NCBI RefSeq assembly: GCF_000142905.1
Contig: NW_013657673.1
Coordinates: forward strand, 1 to 64,000
From: Thecamonas trahens ATCC 50062
Lineage: Eukaryota; Protista; Apusomonadida
DNA length: 64,000 bases
Direction of reading: 5' to 3'
Under the pieces are notes generated by a model. That model was not told the DNA's origin. It saw only the letters and a program-made list of their open reading frames with translations, and did not search any database. The position numbers and the translations under genes were made by a program. The first letter of the stretch is position 1, and the number at the start of each line of letters is the position of its first letter. Shown piece after piece: positions 11,704 to 23,839 of the stretch.

Positions 11704-12887
11704 TCATAGCTCATCAAACAAGTAGTCGAGGCCCTGCCCCAGCTCCCACACCGCCACTCCCACCCCCGCCCGTGCCGCAAGCTCCAGCCGGACGTGCAGC
11801 GAGCCAAGACTCGGGTACCACACCTCGTGTTCGCGCCCTTGGCCGTCGACGTAACGGTAGACGTGCTCCGACGAGCCGCTGTCCCACTCGATCTCCCCCC
11901 GTGTGCCCGGAGCAGCTCGAGGTACTGCGAGCCTACTATCGGCCCGCCGCTTCCGTCGCCGGCAAAGTCGTTGCCGTAAAAGTTGAGCCCGAGAAAGACC
12001 TTGGATGCCAGCTGAGGCGCGTTCGGCGGCACAATGCCCTCGAGCGCACGCTCCATCCACGCCAGCGGCGCCGATGGCCCCGGTGAGCCCGGGTGTGAAA
12101 AGTCATACGTCATCACCGACACCCCCTCGAGGTGGCCAGCCAGCGCCGCCAGATCGCCGTAGTCGAACCGCTGCCGCCGCGCGCCGAACGCGGGGTGCGC
12201 TGGCGGCGCGACCATGATCACACGCGTCACGCCTGCGAGCTGCTCCACCAGCAACGTCATTCCGGCCTCATGGATCCGCATGCCAGGAAGGCCACCGGTC
12301 TCGAGTGTCAGTCCGTCGAGTCCGTACTCCTCCACCGCTGCAGCAAGAAGCGCGACGAGCTCGTCGATGCGGGCGCGGCTGCCCAGGAACCGAGCAAGCC
12401 CCTCGGCCCCGACGCCCTCAAGATTGACACGCGGGAGAACAAGGGCTCCGCGCGCGCGGACACGCTTCATCCACTCACGGTCAACCTCGTGCCGCCCACC
12501 AAGCTTGAGCTTGCCGCTCCCGTTGGCTCGCGAGAGATCGACCTGGAACCACACTGGGACGAGATGGCTGAACTTGGCAGCAAAGACCTTGGCCAGCTTG
12601 TACCCGCGCGAGTTCCACGGCGTCACATACCCGAGGCACCGCCCCGCGAACCGCTTCGTCTTGATTGCCTTGGAAAACTCGCGATGGTGTTCCACAACCT
12701 CCTCGCTCGTCACACTGCTGCCCACCACCACCAGCCCCCGCTCCGCCACCGAGCCCTCCGGCCGGGTCCGCCGCCGTCCACCCACACCTGCTGCCGCTAC
12801 CCTCGCCCCCAGCGCAACCAGCACCACAGCAACAACCACAGCCAGCAATCCCAATGATGCACCTCTGGCCCCACCGCACTTGATCAT
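11704..12887 (-). CDS. CHID1: Chitinase domain-containing protein 1 (GH18-like, probably inactive); frameshift ~11897
   Basis: Signal/TM segment, LGYVTPWNSRGY..KFSHLVPVWFQ, LDGLTLE, VMTYDFS, LGLNFYG, HEVWYPS..GVAVWELGQGLDYLFDEL. Confidence 0.9.
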
Positions 12888-13222
12888 AATCGCGCTCTTC
12901 CAAGCCAAGCCGAGACAAATGCCGTGTGTCGCTCGCGCTCGCTCTCGCTCTCGCCCTTACTCTCGTGCTCGCTCTCACACCGCGCCAGTCGCTAAGTGCC
13001 CGCCCTCACGCCATCCCCCTGCCTCATACTACTCACAACGATGGCCCCTCTTTCATTGAGTTCAGTCCATCACCCATCCATCTCCATTCCATCACGCTGC
13101 ATCGACAGCAGCCGAGCCATGCTTCGCCAGGCTCGGCTTCGGTGACGCGGCTTAACCCCGCCTCACCCCGCCTCACCCCGCCCCAACACATCTACTTGCA
13201 CGCAGCCTCGCCTTCACCCTCG

Positions 13223-13942
13223 TCAATCGACGCCACCACCAGCAGCAGCAGCATCGCCGGCGTCGGCGTCGGCGTCAGCCATGCGGATGGCGCGGATGTC
13301 GCGGATGGCGAGCTCGAACGGGCCGTCGACGCCATCGGCGAGCGTAAAGCCGAGCGATGTGATCCGCCGCGAGTCGAGCTTCAGCTGCTCAACCTGGACA
13401 AAGCCGCGCCAGGTCATGATGAGCGCGTCAAAGGGGATGCGGACGACGGCCCAGTCAGCAGCAGCGCTGGCCTCATGGGTCGGCAGCGCTGCCTGGTGCA
13501 GATCATCCGGCACCACAGACTCGCAGCCGACGTTAAACTGGTATGGCCGCCCATCGCCGCGGCACACAATTTCAAACGCGTCGTAGTACTCGAGCGACGG
13601 GACCGTTGTTCCCGGCACCGTCCGGAACGAGGCAAAGCCCGACCGATCGTACCCGGGCGCCGGCGTCGTCGACAGCTCGCCCTTAAACACAACATGCGCC
13701 TCATATCCAGGCCCGTCCCCAGCCACCGCCTCGGCCGTCGCCCGTGAGCTGCCCTGGATCGTCTCGTCGGTCACCACCATCCACGAGCCCATCTCCAGCG
13801 GCTCGATCTCCGTCCCGGCCTCGGCCGCCGCCTCGGCCTCGGCCTTGGACCACCCGCCCCACGCCGTCAGCCGCACCACCGCCTGCGGCAGCGCAGGCCC
13901 AGCTTTCATAGCCCGCCACCGGCTCTTTAGTGCCCGAAACAT
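13223..13942 (-). CDS. NDUFAF1: Complex I intermediate-associated protein 30 (CIA30)
   Basis: WMVVTDETIQGSS, FKGELS, RSGFASFRT, CRGDGRPY, WAVVRIPF..TWRG, DGPFELAI; likely ATG 13942. Confidence 0.88.
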   Translation of the reverse strand: MFRALKSRWRAMKAGPALPQAVVRLTAWGGWSKAEAEAAAEAGTEIEPLEMGSWMVVTDETIQGSSRATAEAVAGDGPGYEAHVVFKGELSTTPAPGYDRSGFASFRTVPGTTVPSLEYYDAFEIVCRGDGRPYQFNVGCESVVPDDLHQAALPTHEASAAADWAVVRIPFDALIMTWRGFVQVEQLKLDSRRITSLGFTLADGVDGPFELAIRDIRAIRMADADADAGDAAAAGGGVD

Positions 13943-14513
13943 GCCTTCCTCCACACTACCGCGTCCTGCCGAGTGATGTGGTTGCCAACCTGTGTCTTGC
14001 CCTCGGCGCCGAGCTGCTGAAGCTGCCGAGTTAGCACGTCGCAGCCCGTCGCAGCCCGTCGCAACACACGCAACACACGCGATGAGCACTCAATCGACTC
14101 CGCAAGTCATCCCCATACCTACGGGTTTACACTCTACATTCACGCGCAGCACTTTGGTGTTTTCCATCACCTCCACCTGCCCCCTACACGCACCGATCTC
14201 CATCCCGATCTCTCTCCCGCCCATGACGCGCTCCTTGCGCCTACCCTGATACCGCACACAACAGAACACACACCAACGCCCACCCGGCCACCAACACCGC
14301 CATTCACCCCCGTCCACTCCTACACGCCCCCACACACCCTTTCGGCCCTCCGATCCTCCGATGTGACCATTTCCCCCTCTCCGGCCCACCTCAGCAGACC
14401 GGCCAGTTGCGGCCACCGCCCGCACCAACCCTTCCAACCGAACACACACACACACATACACACACACACACCACAAACTCCACACAGACCCCACCCCTCT
14501 CTTACGCTCTATC

Positions 14514-15399
14514 ATGTCGCAGAAGAACTTTGTGGTTGTGGCTGCTGCTGCTGGTGCTGTGGCTGTGGCTGCCGCTGCTGGGTACTACCTCTACACCTCT
14601 ATGTCGTCGACGACGACCAAGGCGGCGGTCAGCAAGGAGACAAGCTCGGCTGCCGAGACGACGACCCCGACGACCAGCTCGGCTTCTCAGGCCCAGGATG
14701 GCGTTGAGACGGCTACTTCGCAGACGTCTGTCGAGAACAGCTCGCCCATCCCGCGCTCGTCGGCGGGCAAGAAGAAGAAGAAGAAGTCGTCGTCGTCCAC
14801 TACCACCGCTACCGCTGCCGCCTCGTCCGAGTCCTCGTCCACCGCTGCTGCAGCCACTACAGCCGCTGTTCCGGCAAGCCCGACTCCGTCGGCAGCCGCT
14901 CCTGCCTCGGTCGCGTCCCCGGCGACGCCTGCCTCGCGTACGATCTGCCTGCATCCCCCTCCTCCTTGCCTGGCCCGCTCTGATCCCTCACTCCCCACTC
15001 ACCCTTCCCCCTCTCTCTCACCTCCTCTTTCCATTCAGAGACCTCGGGCGGCAACGCGTCGACGCCGACGACCGCTGCTGTCGCTGCCAAGTCGCCCGGT
15101 GCCTCGGTAGTCTCCTCGCCCATCACCATCTCGTCGACCCCGACCGAGGAGACGGTCAAGGCCAACGAGCCCGCTGTCATCCCGCCGGATGCCGAGACCT
15201 TCCCGAGTACGTCATATTCTCCCTCTTACTACCCCCCCCCCCACCACCACCACCACCACCCCAACCCTAACCCTAACCCCCTCGCCACTTACAACACCCA
15301 CCCCGTCCCATCGCAGCCGATGCCGCCGAAGAGGCACCGGTCGAGGATCTTGCACCCGGAGGCTCCGTGCCGCGGTTTGGCATGGGCATCCGCCGCTAA
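14514..15399 (+). CDS. Hypothetical signal-anchored Ser/Thr/Ala-rich protein; introns 14938-15038 and 15207-15316
   Basis: N-terminal hydrophobic anchor followed by GYYLY. Two GTACG..CAG introns splice in phase to TAA at 15397-15399. Confidence 0.7.
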
Positions 15400-15646
15400 C
15401 GCTGCTAGCATCCGCGCTTCGCCCATCATGCATCACCCCCCATCCCATCAAAGGACTCAAACGCAACCCCCCCCCCCCCCCTCCCCCTCCTCCTCCTCCT
15501 CCCCACTCAGTCGTGCCAACTCCCTGACGCCACCACCACGTCACCCTAACCACACACGCCACAAGCCACACACCACACACACACCTCTCCACCACACACA
15601 CTCTCTCTCACACACACACGCAGTTCGCTCTCTCCCAATTCCACAC

Positions 15647-16928
15647 ATGTCTTGCTCTTCCTCGTCCGAACCCCCGCTCCTCGTCGAGGCTACCGATACG
15701 GTGGGGAGCTCTGAGGCGGGTCCTGGCGGTCAGGCCGACGGTGCCGTAGCTGACGATAGCAAAGTTCCGGTCACCATCATCACGGGCTACCTGGGAGCCG
15801 GCAAGACGACGCTGCTGAACTATGTGCTGACCGCGCAGCATGGCAAGCGCATTGCGGTGCTGATGAACGAGTACGGCGGCCGCGGGATTGAGGAGTCGAT
15901 GGCGCAGCGCGACGTGAACGAGCCGCCAGTGCTGGCCGAGGACGACGATGGAGAACAGGCGTCCAAGGCCGACTTGTACGAGGAGTGGGTCGAGCTCAAG
16001 AACGGGTGCATCTGCTGCTCAGTCAAGGATGAAGCTGTCTCGGCGCTGGAGGCGCTGATGGAGAAGAAGGGCAAGTTTGACTACATCCTACTCGAGACGA
16101 CCGGCCTCGCCGACCCGGGCCCCTCGCCTCGATGTTCTGGCTCGATGAGGGTCTGCACTCGGCCATCTACCTCGATGGAGTCGTGACTCTGGTCGACGGC
16201 ATCTACGGCCTCGAGCAGCTGGCCGAGGAGGCGCCGCGCGGCGCGCCCGAGAACCTCATCAACGAAGCCGTCAACCAGGTCGCCCACGCCGACGTCGTCA
16301 TCCTCAACAAGGCCGACTTGGCCACGCCGCAGAACCTGGCCGACCTCTCTGCCGCCGTCCTTGCCATCAACTCGCAGGCCCGCATCCTCACTACCACCCG
16401 CTCGCAGGTCGATCTCGACGACATCCTCAACATTGCCGCCTACGACTTTAAGCCGCCGCTCATCGTCGACGAGGCCGGACCCGCCTCGCACGACCACGAT
16501 CACAACCATGACCATGATGATGGTGTGCCCTGTGTAACCTGCCCGCCGACCCACGTCCACTCGGCCGAAGTCACCACCCATGTTGTCGAGACCCCGCACC
16601 CGCTGGTCAAGGCCCGCCTCGTCGCATGGCTTGAGGACTTGCTGTGGGAGGACCACGCCCCGACGCTCATCCTTCGCGCCAAGGGCCTGCTCAACTACGC
16701 CGGCTCGGATCTCAAGCACGTCTTCCAGGCCGTCCGCCTCCAGTACGACATCGTCTCGACCGTCCACTGGGACTCGGCAGACAACCGCATCTCGCGCCTG
16801 GTCTTTATCGGCAAGCACCTCCCACCGACGCCCTCGATTCCGCCTTTGCCGCCTGTGTCGCCACTCCTGACGAGCTTGCCCATGCCATCGCCAACCCACC
16901 GACGTCGGACTCGGACGACGATGCGTAA
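15647..16928 (+). CDS. ZNG1: COG0523/CobW-family Zn metallochaperone GTPase (ZNG1/CBWD); frameshifts ~16121, ~16821
   Basis: [37 protein letters not shown], His-rich [21 protein letters not shown]. Confidence 0.93.
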
Positions 16929-17055
16929 ACCCGCGACTCACCGCCAACCGCCGCACTCCTACCGAACAACACCCACCCACCCACTTCCCACCACACATAC
17001 ACACACATATATATATACATACATACACACGCACACACATTCTCTCTCACACACC

Positions 17056-20000
17056 ATGTCTGCTGACAAGGATGCGTGGGTGGCCACGCAGCACAGAGTA
17101 CGCCCCACCCCTACCCCCCCCCTCCCTCCCTGCCCCTAACCCCCAAAACCCCTACCTCCACCCGCCTCCACCCAGTCGCACTCACTCACACGCACACACA
17201 CACTCTCTCTCTCTCTTGCCAGACCTTCACTGCATGGGTCAATGCCAACCTCAGAAAACACTCGAGCAAGCCCGGTGCCATCGATAATCTAAAGACAGAG
17301 CTCAAGGACGGTCTCCCGCTCATCTATCTGCTCGAAGTTCTCATCGGCGGCAAGGTGGGCGGCGGAGCGTACAAGACCAATGCCCGGATGAAGATCCTCC
17401 AACTGAACAACATCAACTTTGCGCTCGAGGCATGCCGCGACGCGGGCATTCGGGTCACATGTGGTGCGGACGATGTCTTTGACGGCAATCTCAAAATGAT
17501 CCTTGGCCTGGTGTGGACAATCATTCTCCGCTTCCAGATCTCCGGCGACGACGATGGCGGAAGCAGCTCAGCCGGAGCCGCAAAGTCGGCTCTCCTCTCC
17601 TGGGTGCAGGCGCACATCGGACACTATCCTGACATGGAGCTAACCAACTTTACGTCGTCGTTCCAGGACGGCCGTGCACTCTGTGCTCTAGTTCACTCGC
17701 TGGATCCAGCCCTGCTCGACTACGACGGCGCGCTCGAGCTCGAGCCGCTTGCCCGCGCCGAGAAGGCATTTTCTCTTGCTGCCGATCGCTTTGACATCCC
17801 GCAGCTTCTCACCGCTAGTGATCTTGTCGACCACCCGGACTCGCATTCGGTCATGACCTACGTCTCGTACTTCCGCGCCGTCGCCAAGCACCTCGAAGCC
17901 ACGTCCAAAATCGACAAGGCCTCGCTGGAGGAGGCCAAGCGCGACGCCGTCTCTCGCCTGGAGGCTGCCCTTGCCCGAGTTGCAGAGCTTGAGGCCGCCC
18001 TCGCGGCCGCCACCGCGGAGTCGACAGCCCACATCGAGCAGCTCGCCGAGTCGTCTGCTGCTGCCAAGCTTCTCCAGCTCCGGGTTGACTCGCTCGAGGC
18101 CGCCAACGCCGAGCTCAAGGCCTCAGTCGAGTCGTGGATCGAGAAGTCGGCCCACATTGAGCACTCGCTGGCAGACTGCCACGACACATGTGCCTCCAAG
18201 GACGCAGAGCTCGAGGCTCTAGCCGCCAAGCTCGATGCCGCAAATGCTGCCGCCAGCAAGATGCAGACTGCCGTCGATGCCGCCGACGCCGCCAAGGACG
18301 TCGCAGCAAAGGACGTCGCCGCAGCAAAGGGCGCTGCCGCCAAAGAAGCCGCCGATGCCGCCGATCGTTATGCCAAGCTTGAAGCCGAGCTCGCTGCTCT
18401 CCGCGACGACCTCGCCGCCACCCAGGCCGATCTCGACGACTGCTGCACCACCCGTGCCGAGCTGACCAAGGCCAAGCGCGAGCTAGAGGACAAGCTCTCG
18501 CAAGTTACCCGCAAGTCGCTCTCGGCCTCTGAATCGGCGTCCATGGTCGAAGCAAAGGTCTCGTCGCTCACTGCTGAGCTCTCGTCGACCGAGGCCGAGC
18601 TCACCGCTGCTCGCTCCGACGTCTCGACGCTCACCGCCGAGCGTGACACAGCCCGCGAAAACACTACCCGGCTCACCTCGGAGCTGGAGGCGCTCAGGAC
18701 TGAGTTCGCTGCCGAAAAGGAGACAACCGCCAAGCTCCGGGACGAGCTTGACTCGCGGGTGACTCAAATCGGCGAGCTGTCCGAGTCGGCGTCATCACGC
18801 GAGTCCGAACTCGCTGCCCAAGTCTCGGCCCTCGAGGCCGAGCTCGCCGATAGCCGCGACGCTGCTGCCGCTGCCGACGCCTCGATCAAGTCGCTCACTG
18901 CCCGACTCGAAGCCTCGCAGGCTTCGGCCGCCGAACTCGAGACTGAGCTGGCGGCCAAGTCGAGCGACGCCGACAAGTCTGCACAGGCGCTCGCCAAGCT
19001 GCAGATGGAGGCCGATCAGGCTGCTCGACGCATCGAGTCGCTCGAGGCTGCGCTCGCCGCTACCCAGGACCGCGAGGCTACCGCCTCTCGCTCCGCCGAT
19101 GAGCTCCGGGTCGAACTCGACGAGACGGCGCGGAACTTGTCCCGCGAAAAGGCGTTCTCCGCCAAGTTGCAGGAAGAGGCCGCTGCCGCCGTCAAGACCG
19201 AGGCCAAGCTCCGCGCCGATGTGCTTGCTGCCGAGGAGGCGGTTCTGGACGAGCGCGACGCCTCTGCCGCGCTCAGTGACAAGGTCGCGCAGCTCGAGGC
19301 TCGGGTGGCCGCTGCTGCTGCTGCCGACGACGATGCCGACGACGACGCCGCGTCAGCCGCCGCTGCCGAGATTGCGTCGCTCGAAGCGCTGGTCAACTCA
19401 CTCCGCGCCAAGGTCCGGAGCGCACAGACCGAGGCCCTCAATGCCAACTCGGACCGCGAGTCGGCTCTGGCCAGCGCCGAGGCGCTCAAATCGGACGTCG
19501 AGCACGCCCGCGCGCAGGCTGCTGCCGAGCGCGACGCCCTCGAGGCTGAACGCGCCGCCCGTGAAGCCGTCGCGTCGGAGCTCATGAAGACCGAGTCATC
19601 CGTCCAGGAGCTGCAAAGCCAGCTGGAGGCGTCGGCTCGCGAGCGCGCCGCTCTTGCCGACGAGCTCGCCGCCCTCCGCGCCGCGTCGGTTGCCACCGGT
19701 TCACACGCTGCCGAGTCGGACGCCGCGCTCGAAGAGGCCGCATCCGAGCGTACCCGCCTCGCTGTCGAAATCCAGTCGCTGCAAGAGAGCCTTGCACAGA
19801 CTGTGGCGGCGCGCGATGCGGCGGCAAAGGCGACCGAGGCCGCAGCGGCCAAGGCCGCCGAAGCTGCTGCCGATGCCGAAACGCTGCGCGAGGCCCGCGA
19901 TGCCGAGGCCCACGCCAAGGTTCTCGCCGAGACCCGTGTGGCGTCGTTAGAGAAGCAAATTGCGCGGATTGAGGCCGAGGCCGAGTCGCGAGTCGCCGCC

Positions 20001-21157
20001 GAGCGCGCGCGCATGGAGGCCTCGCACTCGTCGCTCAAGCGCGAGCTCGACAACTCGGTCGAGGCCACCGGCTCGCAGGCCGCCATCATGGCCGACCTAG
20101 AGGCCAACTTTCAGGCGCTCTCGGCAGCCCATGACGAGTGGCATGCCAAGTACCTTGCCGAACAGGGAAAGCGGGTCGAAAAGAGCACGAGCTTGCGCAG
20201 AAGACGCAAGAGGCGCGGATGGCCACCTCGCAGGCCGAGTCGCTCAAGGACGCGCTCGCCGAGGCGCAGGCCGAGGTGGATGAGCTCACCGCGCTCAAGA
20301 TCAAAATGCATGGCGACCTCGCCAAGCTGGAGGACCTGGTGCTCCAGTTGCAGGGCAAGGCCAAGAAGACCAAGGCCAAGGCCAAGGACCAGGTCGCCAA
20401 GCTTGTGGCCGAGCTCAAGGACCGCGATCTCAAGATCGCCGAGCTCTCGCGTGAGCGCGGCGACGCGGCAGGCTCGCTCTCGGTCGTCCGCAAGCGCGCC
20501 ACCTCGCTTCACCTCTCCAACAAGCAGCTGAAGGAGGCCATGGGTGCCACCGAGTCGTCGCTCCACGAGCTTCGCTCGGCGCTCGATGCTGCCAACCGCC
20601 ACAACGCCGAGTTGGAGGCCGAGCGCGACGAAGCCACCGCGACGCTCAAGGCCGAGCGCGCCGACATGGCGGCCCGTCTTGAGCGCGCTACCGCGTCGGC
20701 CTCCATGTCCGAGGAGCGCGCCGATGAAGCCGAGTCGCAGAACGCATCGCTTGTGGCTGAACTCGACCTCGTCCGCTCCACTCTCACCGACGCCAAGACC
20801 ACGCTTGCCGAGCTCCGCATCGAGTTCCGCCATCTGAAGGCGTCCAAGGCTGCTGCCCTTGCCGAGCAGGCCGACGAGCTCGCAGCCGCCCGCGGCCTCG
20901 TCGACGCCAACAAGGCGCTGACCAAGGAGCGCGACGAGCTCGCCCTCGCCCGCGCACGCATGTCCAAGGTCGTTCGCACCCTCCGCCGCCGTCTCAACGA
21001 GGAGGAAGCCGCCAAGCGCGAGCTCATTCTCAAGCTTGAGACCGGTCAGCGGACGAAGGAGGAGATCGAGGCCATCGCCATCCTCCAGTACCAGCTCGGT
21101 GAGGCCCAGGCTGCCGTCAAGGCCTGTACCTGCGGCGCCGCCTCGGCCTCGCGCTAG
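17056..21157 (+). CDS. Tandem calponin-homology (alpha-actinin-type ABD) protein with long coiled coil; intron 17098-17222; frameshift ~20180
   Basis: WVATQHR|TFTAWVN, LKDGLPLIYLLEVL, DGNLKMILGLVWTIILRFQI, LLSWVQ, NFTSSFQDGRALCALV, SVMTYVSYF, then ~1000 aa heptad repeats. Confidence 0.9.
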
Positions 21158-21358
21158 TTGGCCTTGGATCGGTAGCGTTGTCGATCAATCGTCGACCAGA
21201 AGCCGTCCAGGCGAGCCGCAGCTAAAGTAAAGCTAGCTGAAGTGAACGCAAGAATAGACCACAGTCTGTTGCCTGCCGCCTGCTGCCCGCGCTCCTCTCG
21301 CCACACACCACTCCCACCGCGCCCACGCAACACCACTCTCGCCACACGTTGGTACACC

Positions 21359-23801
21359 ATGCGACTTGCGCTCGGGGCCAAGTCGTTCTTCGCCAACCCA
21401 CCGCCCGCCACCTCGGCCTCGCACACCACGCCGACGCTGGTCGTCCTCTCGCGGTTCCACTCGCTCGCCCCGCTGCGCCACCCGCACCTCGCGGCGCTGC
21501 TCTCGCTCGCCCGCGGCCGACATGAACGGCTGACTCTTGTCTCTGAGTATGCCACGTCCACCCTGGATGGATGCCTGGAGGCGTACGCGGGCGATGCGGC
21601 AAAGTGCGCCTGTGCCTGTGTCCAACTTATTGATGCACTGGCTTGTCTCGAGGCGCGGGGTGTGGCCGGCATCAATCTCGCTCCACGCGCCGTCCTCACA
21701 CTCGGAGACTCGGTGCTCAAGATCGCCGACTATGCCATGGCCCATATCACCGATAATGGCGCGCTCGTCGACTTTGATGTCGTTGACCCGCGGCTTGCCC
21801 CGCCCGAAGGCCTAGACGTGATCTCGCCAAAGGCGGACGTTTGGGCGCTCGGCCTTGTTCTCGCTGCGCTTTGGCTCGGCACTGAGTGGCAGCTGAGTCT
21901 CAGTGATGAGGCCGAGCCGGTCGAGGCGCAAATAGCTACCCTCATAGAGCCAATGCCGCCGCTGATGGCGAGTTTTGTGGCGCTGGCGCTGGCGGTCGAC
22001 GTCGAGGCACGGCCGCTCGCCTCGGAGCTGCTGTCGCACCCGTGGCTGGCCGGTGGGACCAATCCGAGCGGCGGATGGATTTGGGCTCCTCAGCCTGTCG
22101 TGCGCTCGCTCCACCTCCCGCCGCTCGACGAGGTGCTCGATGACGCGTCGCTCGACGACATCCTCGCATACTTTCCCATCGAGCACGTGCTGACTTTTGG
22201 CGGCTGATGGGCGGCGACGAGGCAAGCGTCACAGCCGACGCGCCGGCGTCTAAGCTTCCATCGATCGCGCGTGTGCCTCGGATTGTGCGTCTCGCGGCGA
22301 CGCCGAGCACAGCCCGGGTGGCGTCGGCGGCGGCGGCGGCGTACTCGGCCGAGCTCCACATCATCGAACTTGACGGCCTTGCGCGCCGGCTCACCGAAGG
22401 TCTGGCGCGATTCAAGGCGTCGTGCGAGACCCAGGCCGAGAACGGCGAGACCTACATGTTCGGCTCGCCGTATCTCGCCGCGTCAGCCATGCTTGTGCAG
22501 GCCGACGACGGGTCCGCCTTTGAGCCTGCCGCCGTCCCGCTCGTCATCCGAGAAGCCGACCTCGACTACCAGCTCGCGCGCATCTTTGTCTTTACTCGCA
22601 TTCTCCGCGACATGCCGCACTCGCGGGTGGAACTCCTTGCCGAGGCGCGCATCGACGTTCCGCCGCTGCTCCGCGGCGAGATCTGGGCCGCCATTCTCGG
22701 CCTCGGCGCGCCGCACGCCGTTGCAGCTCACTATCACAGCGTCGACAAGGTCTCGCCGCACGTGTCGGACCACCAGATTGCGGTCGACTGCCGCGATGCC
22801 ACCAGTACGACGACATGCTTGCCACGCCGCTTGGACACGCCAAGCTCACCCGGGTCATCAAGCGGTGGACAGCCGGCCACTCGGTCATGGTCTACTGGCA
22901 GGGCCTTGACTCGGTCGCGGCTCCGTTTGTGCGGCTCCTTTTCCACGACGAAGCCCTCGCTTACGGCTGCCTCGAGGCAGTCATCAACAAGCACCTCGCC
23001 GACTTTTTCGTCGAAGACAACTCGGTCATCATGCGCAAGAGCCTTGCCGCGTTCTCCGCGCTGATGGCGTTCCACTTTCCGCGTGTCGCCGCTCACCTCC
23101 TCACCATGGACTTTCGGCCCGAGCTCTACGCCATTCCCTGGTTTCTCACCCTCTTTGCGCACGTCTTTCCCATCGACTCGCTGGTTGTTCTCTGGGACAC
23201 CCTCCTCCTCGGCCACACCTCGCTCAAGTTCTTTGTGGCGCTTGCGCTTGTCGAGCAAATGCAATCACTCCTCGTCTCGGCCGACTTTTCGGTCTGCATC
23301 CTTGCCTTTTCCGAGCTGCCCAACGTTGACTTTGAGCTCGCAGTAACGGCTGCCAAGCGGCTTTTTGCCGCCACTCCGCCGTCGATCCGCAAGCTTCAGC
23401 TCTCGCCTGTCGCGCATCTGGACGATCCAGTCGAACCCGAGTGGTCGCCGCGCATTGCGCCTGCTGATGTCCTCGCTGCGCTGCGCGCGAGTCCGCGCCG
23501 CGCCTGCGTTCTCGACATTCGCCTTCGTGAGCACATAGTCCGCGACGGCGGCACCCTCCAGTCGGCCGTCGTCATTCCGTATCCCGAGGTCGAGGTCGAG
23601 CCGTCGCGGCTCCTCGACGAGCTTCCACCCACCGTCGACGGGCAGGGCGTCCGGATCGTGGCCATTGTGGCGTCGGCTCCGGATCACGCCACCAACGTTG
23701 CGCAGGCGCTTGTAGCTGCCGGTCTCGCCCATGTTGCCATTGTTGACGGCGGCTGGGAGGCGCTCGCAGCGCAGCGCAAGGCGCGGTCCGCGCAAGCGTA
23801 G
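21359..23801 (+). CDS. TBCK: TBC1 domain-containing kinase (pseudokinase + Rab-GAP TBC + rhodanese-like); frameshifts ~22197, ~22788
   Basis: LRHPHL..LVSEY..KIADY..APPE..KADVWALG; PLVIREADLDYQ..DVPPLLRGEIWAA..QIAVDLPRCHQY..YWQGLDS..ELYAIPWFLTLFAH; C-terminal VLDIR..VDGGWEAL. Confidence 0.92.
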
Positions 23802-23839
23802 CTGCTTCTACAAGGCAACTTCCGTAAAGTGTATGGCGT

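Noticed and set aside
15264-15279. Interstitial telomeric repeat (CCCTAA)2
   Set aside because: Only two units inside a C-rich intron; more likely chance or a branch-point CTAAC.
8345-23801. Cluster of pseudogenes (PPK1, CHID1, ZNG1, TBCK and others)
   Set aside because: Motifs are intact, there are no in-frame nonsense changes, and all breaks are one-base homopolymer deficits, which fits sequencing error.
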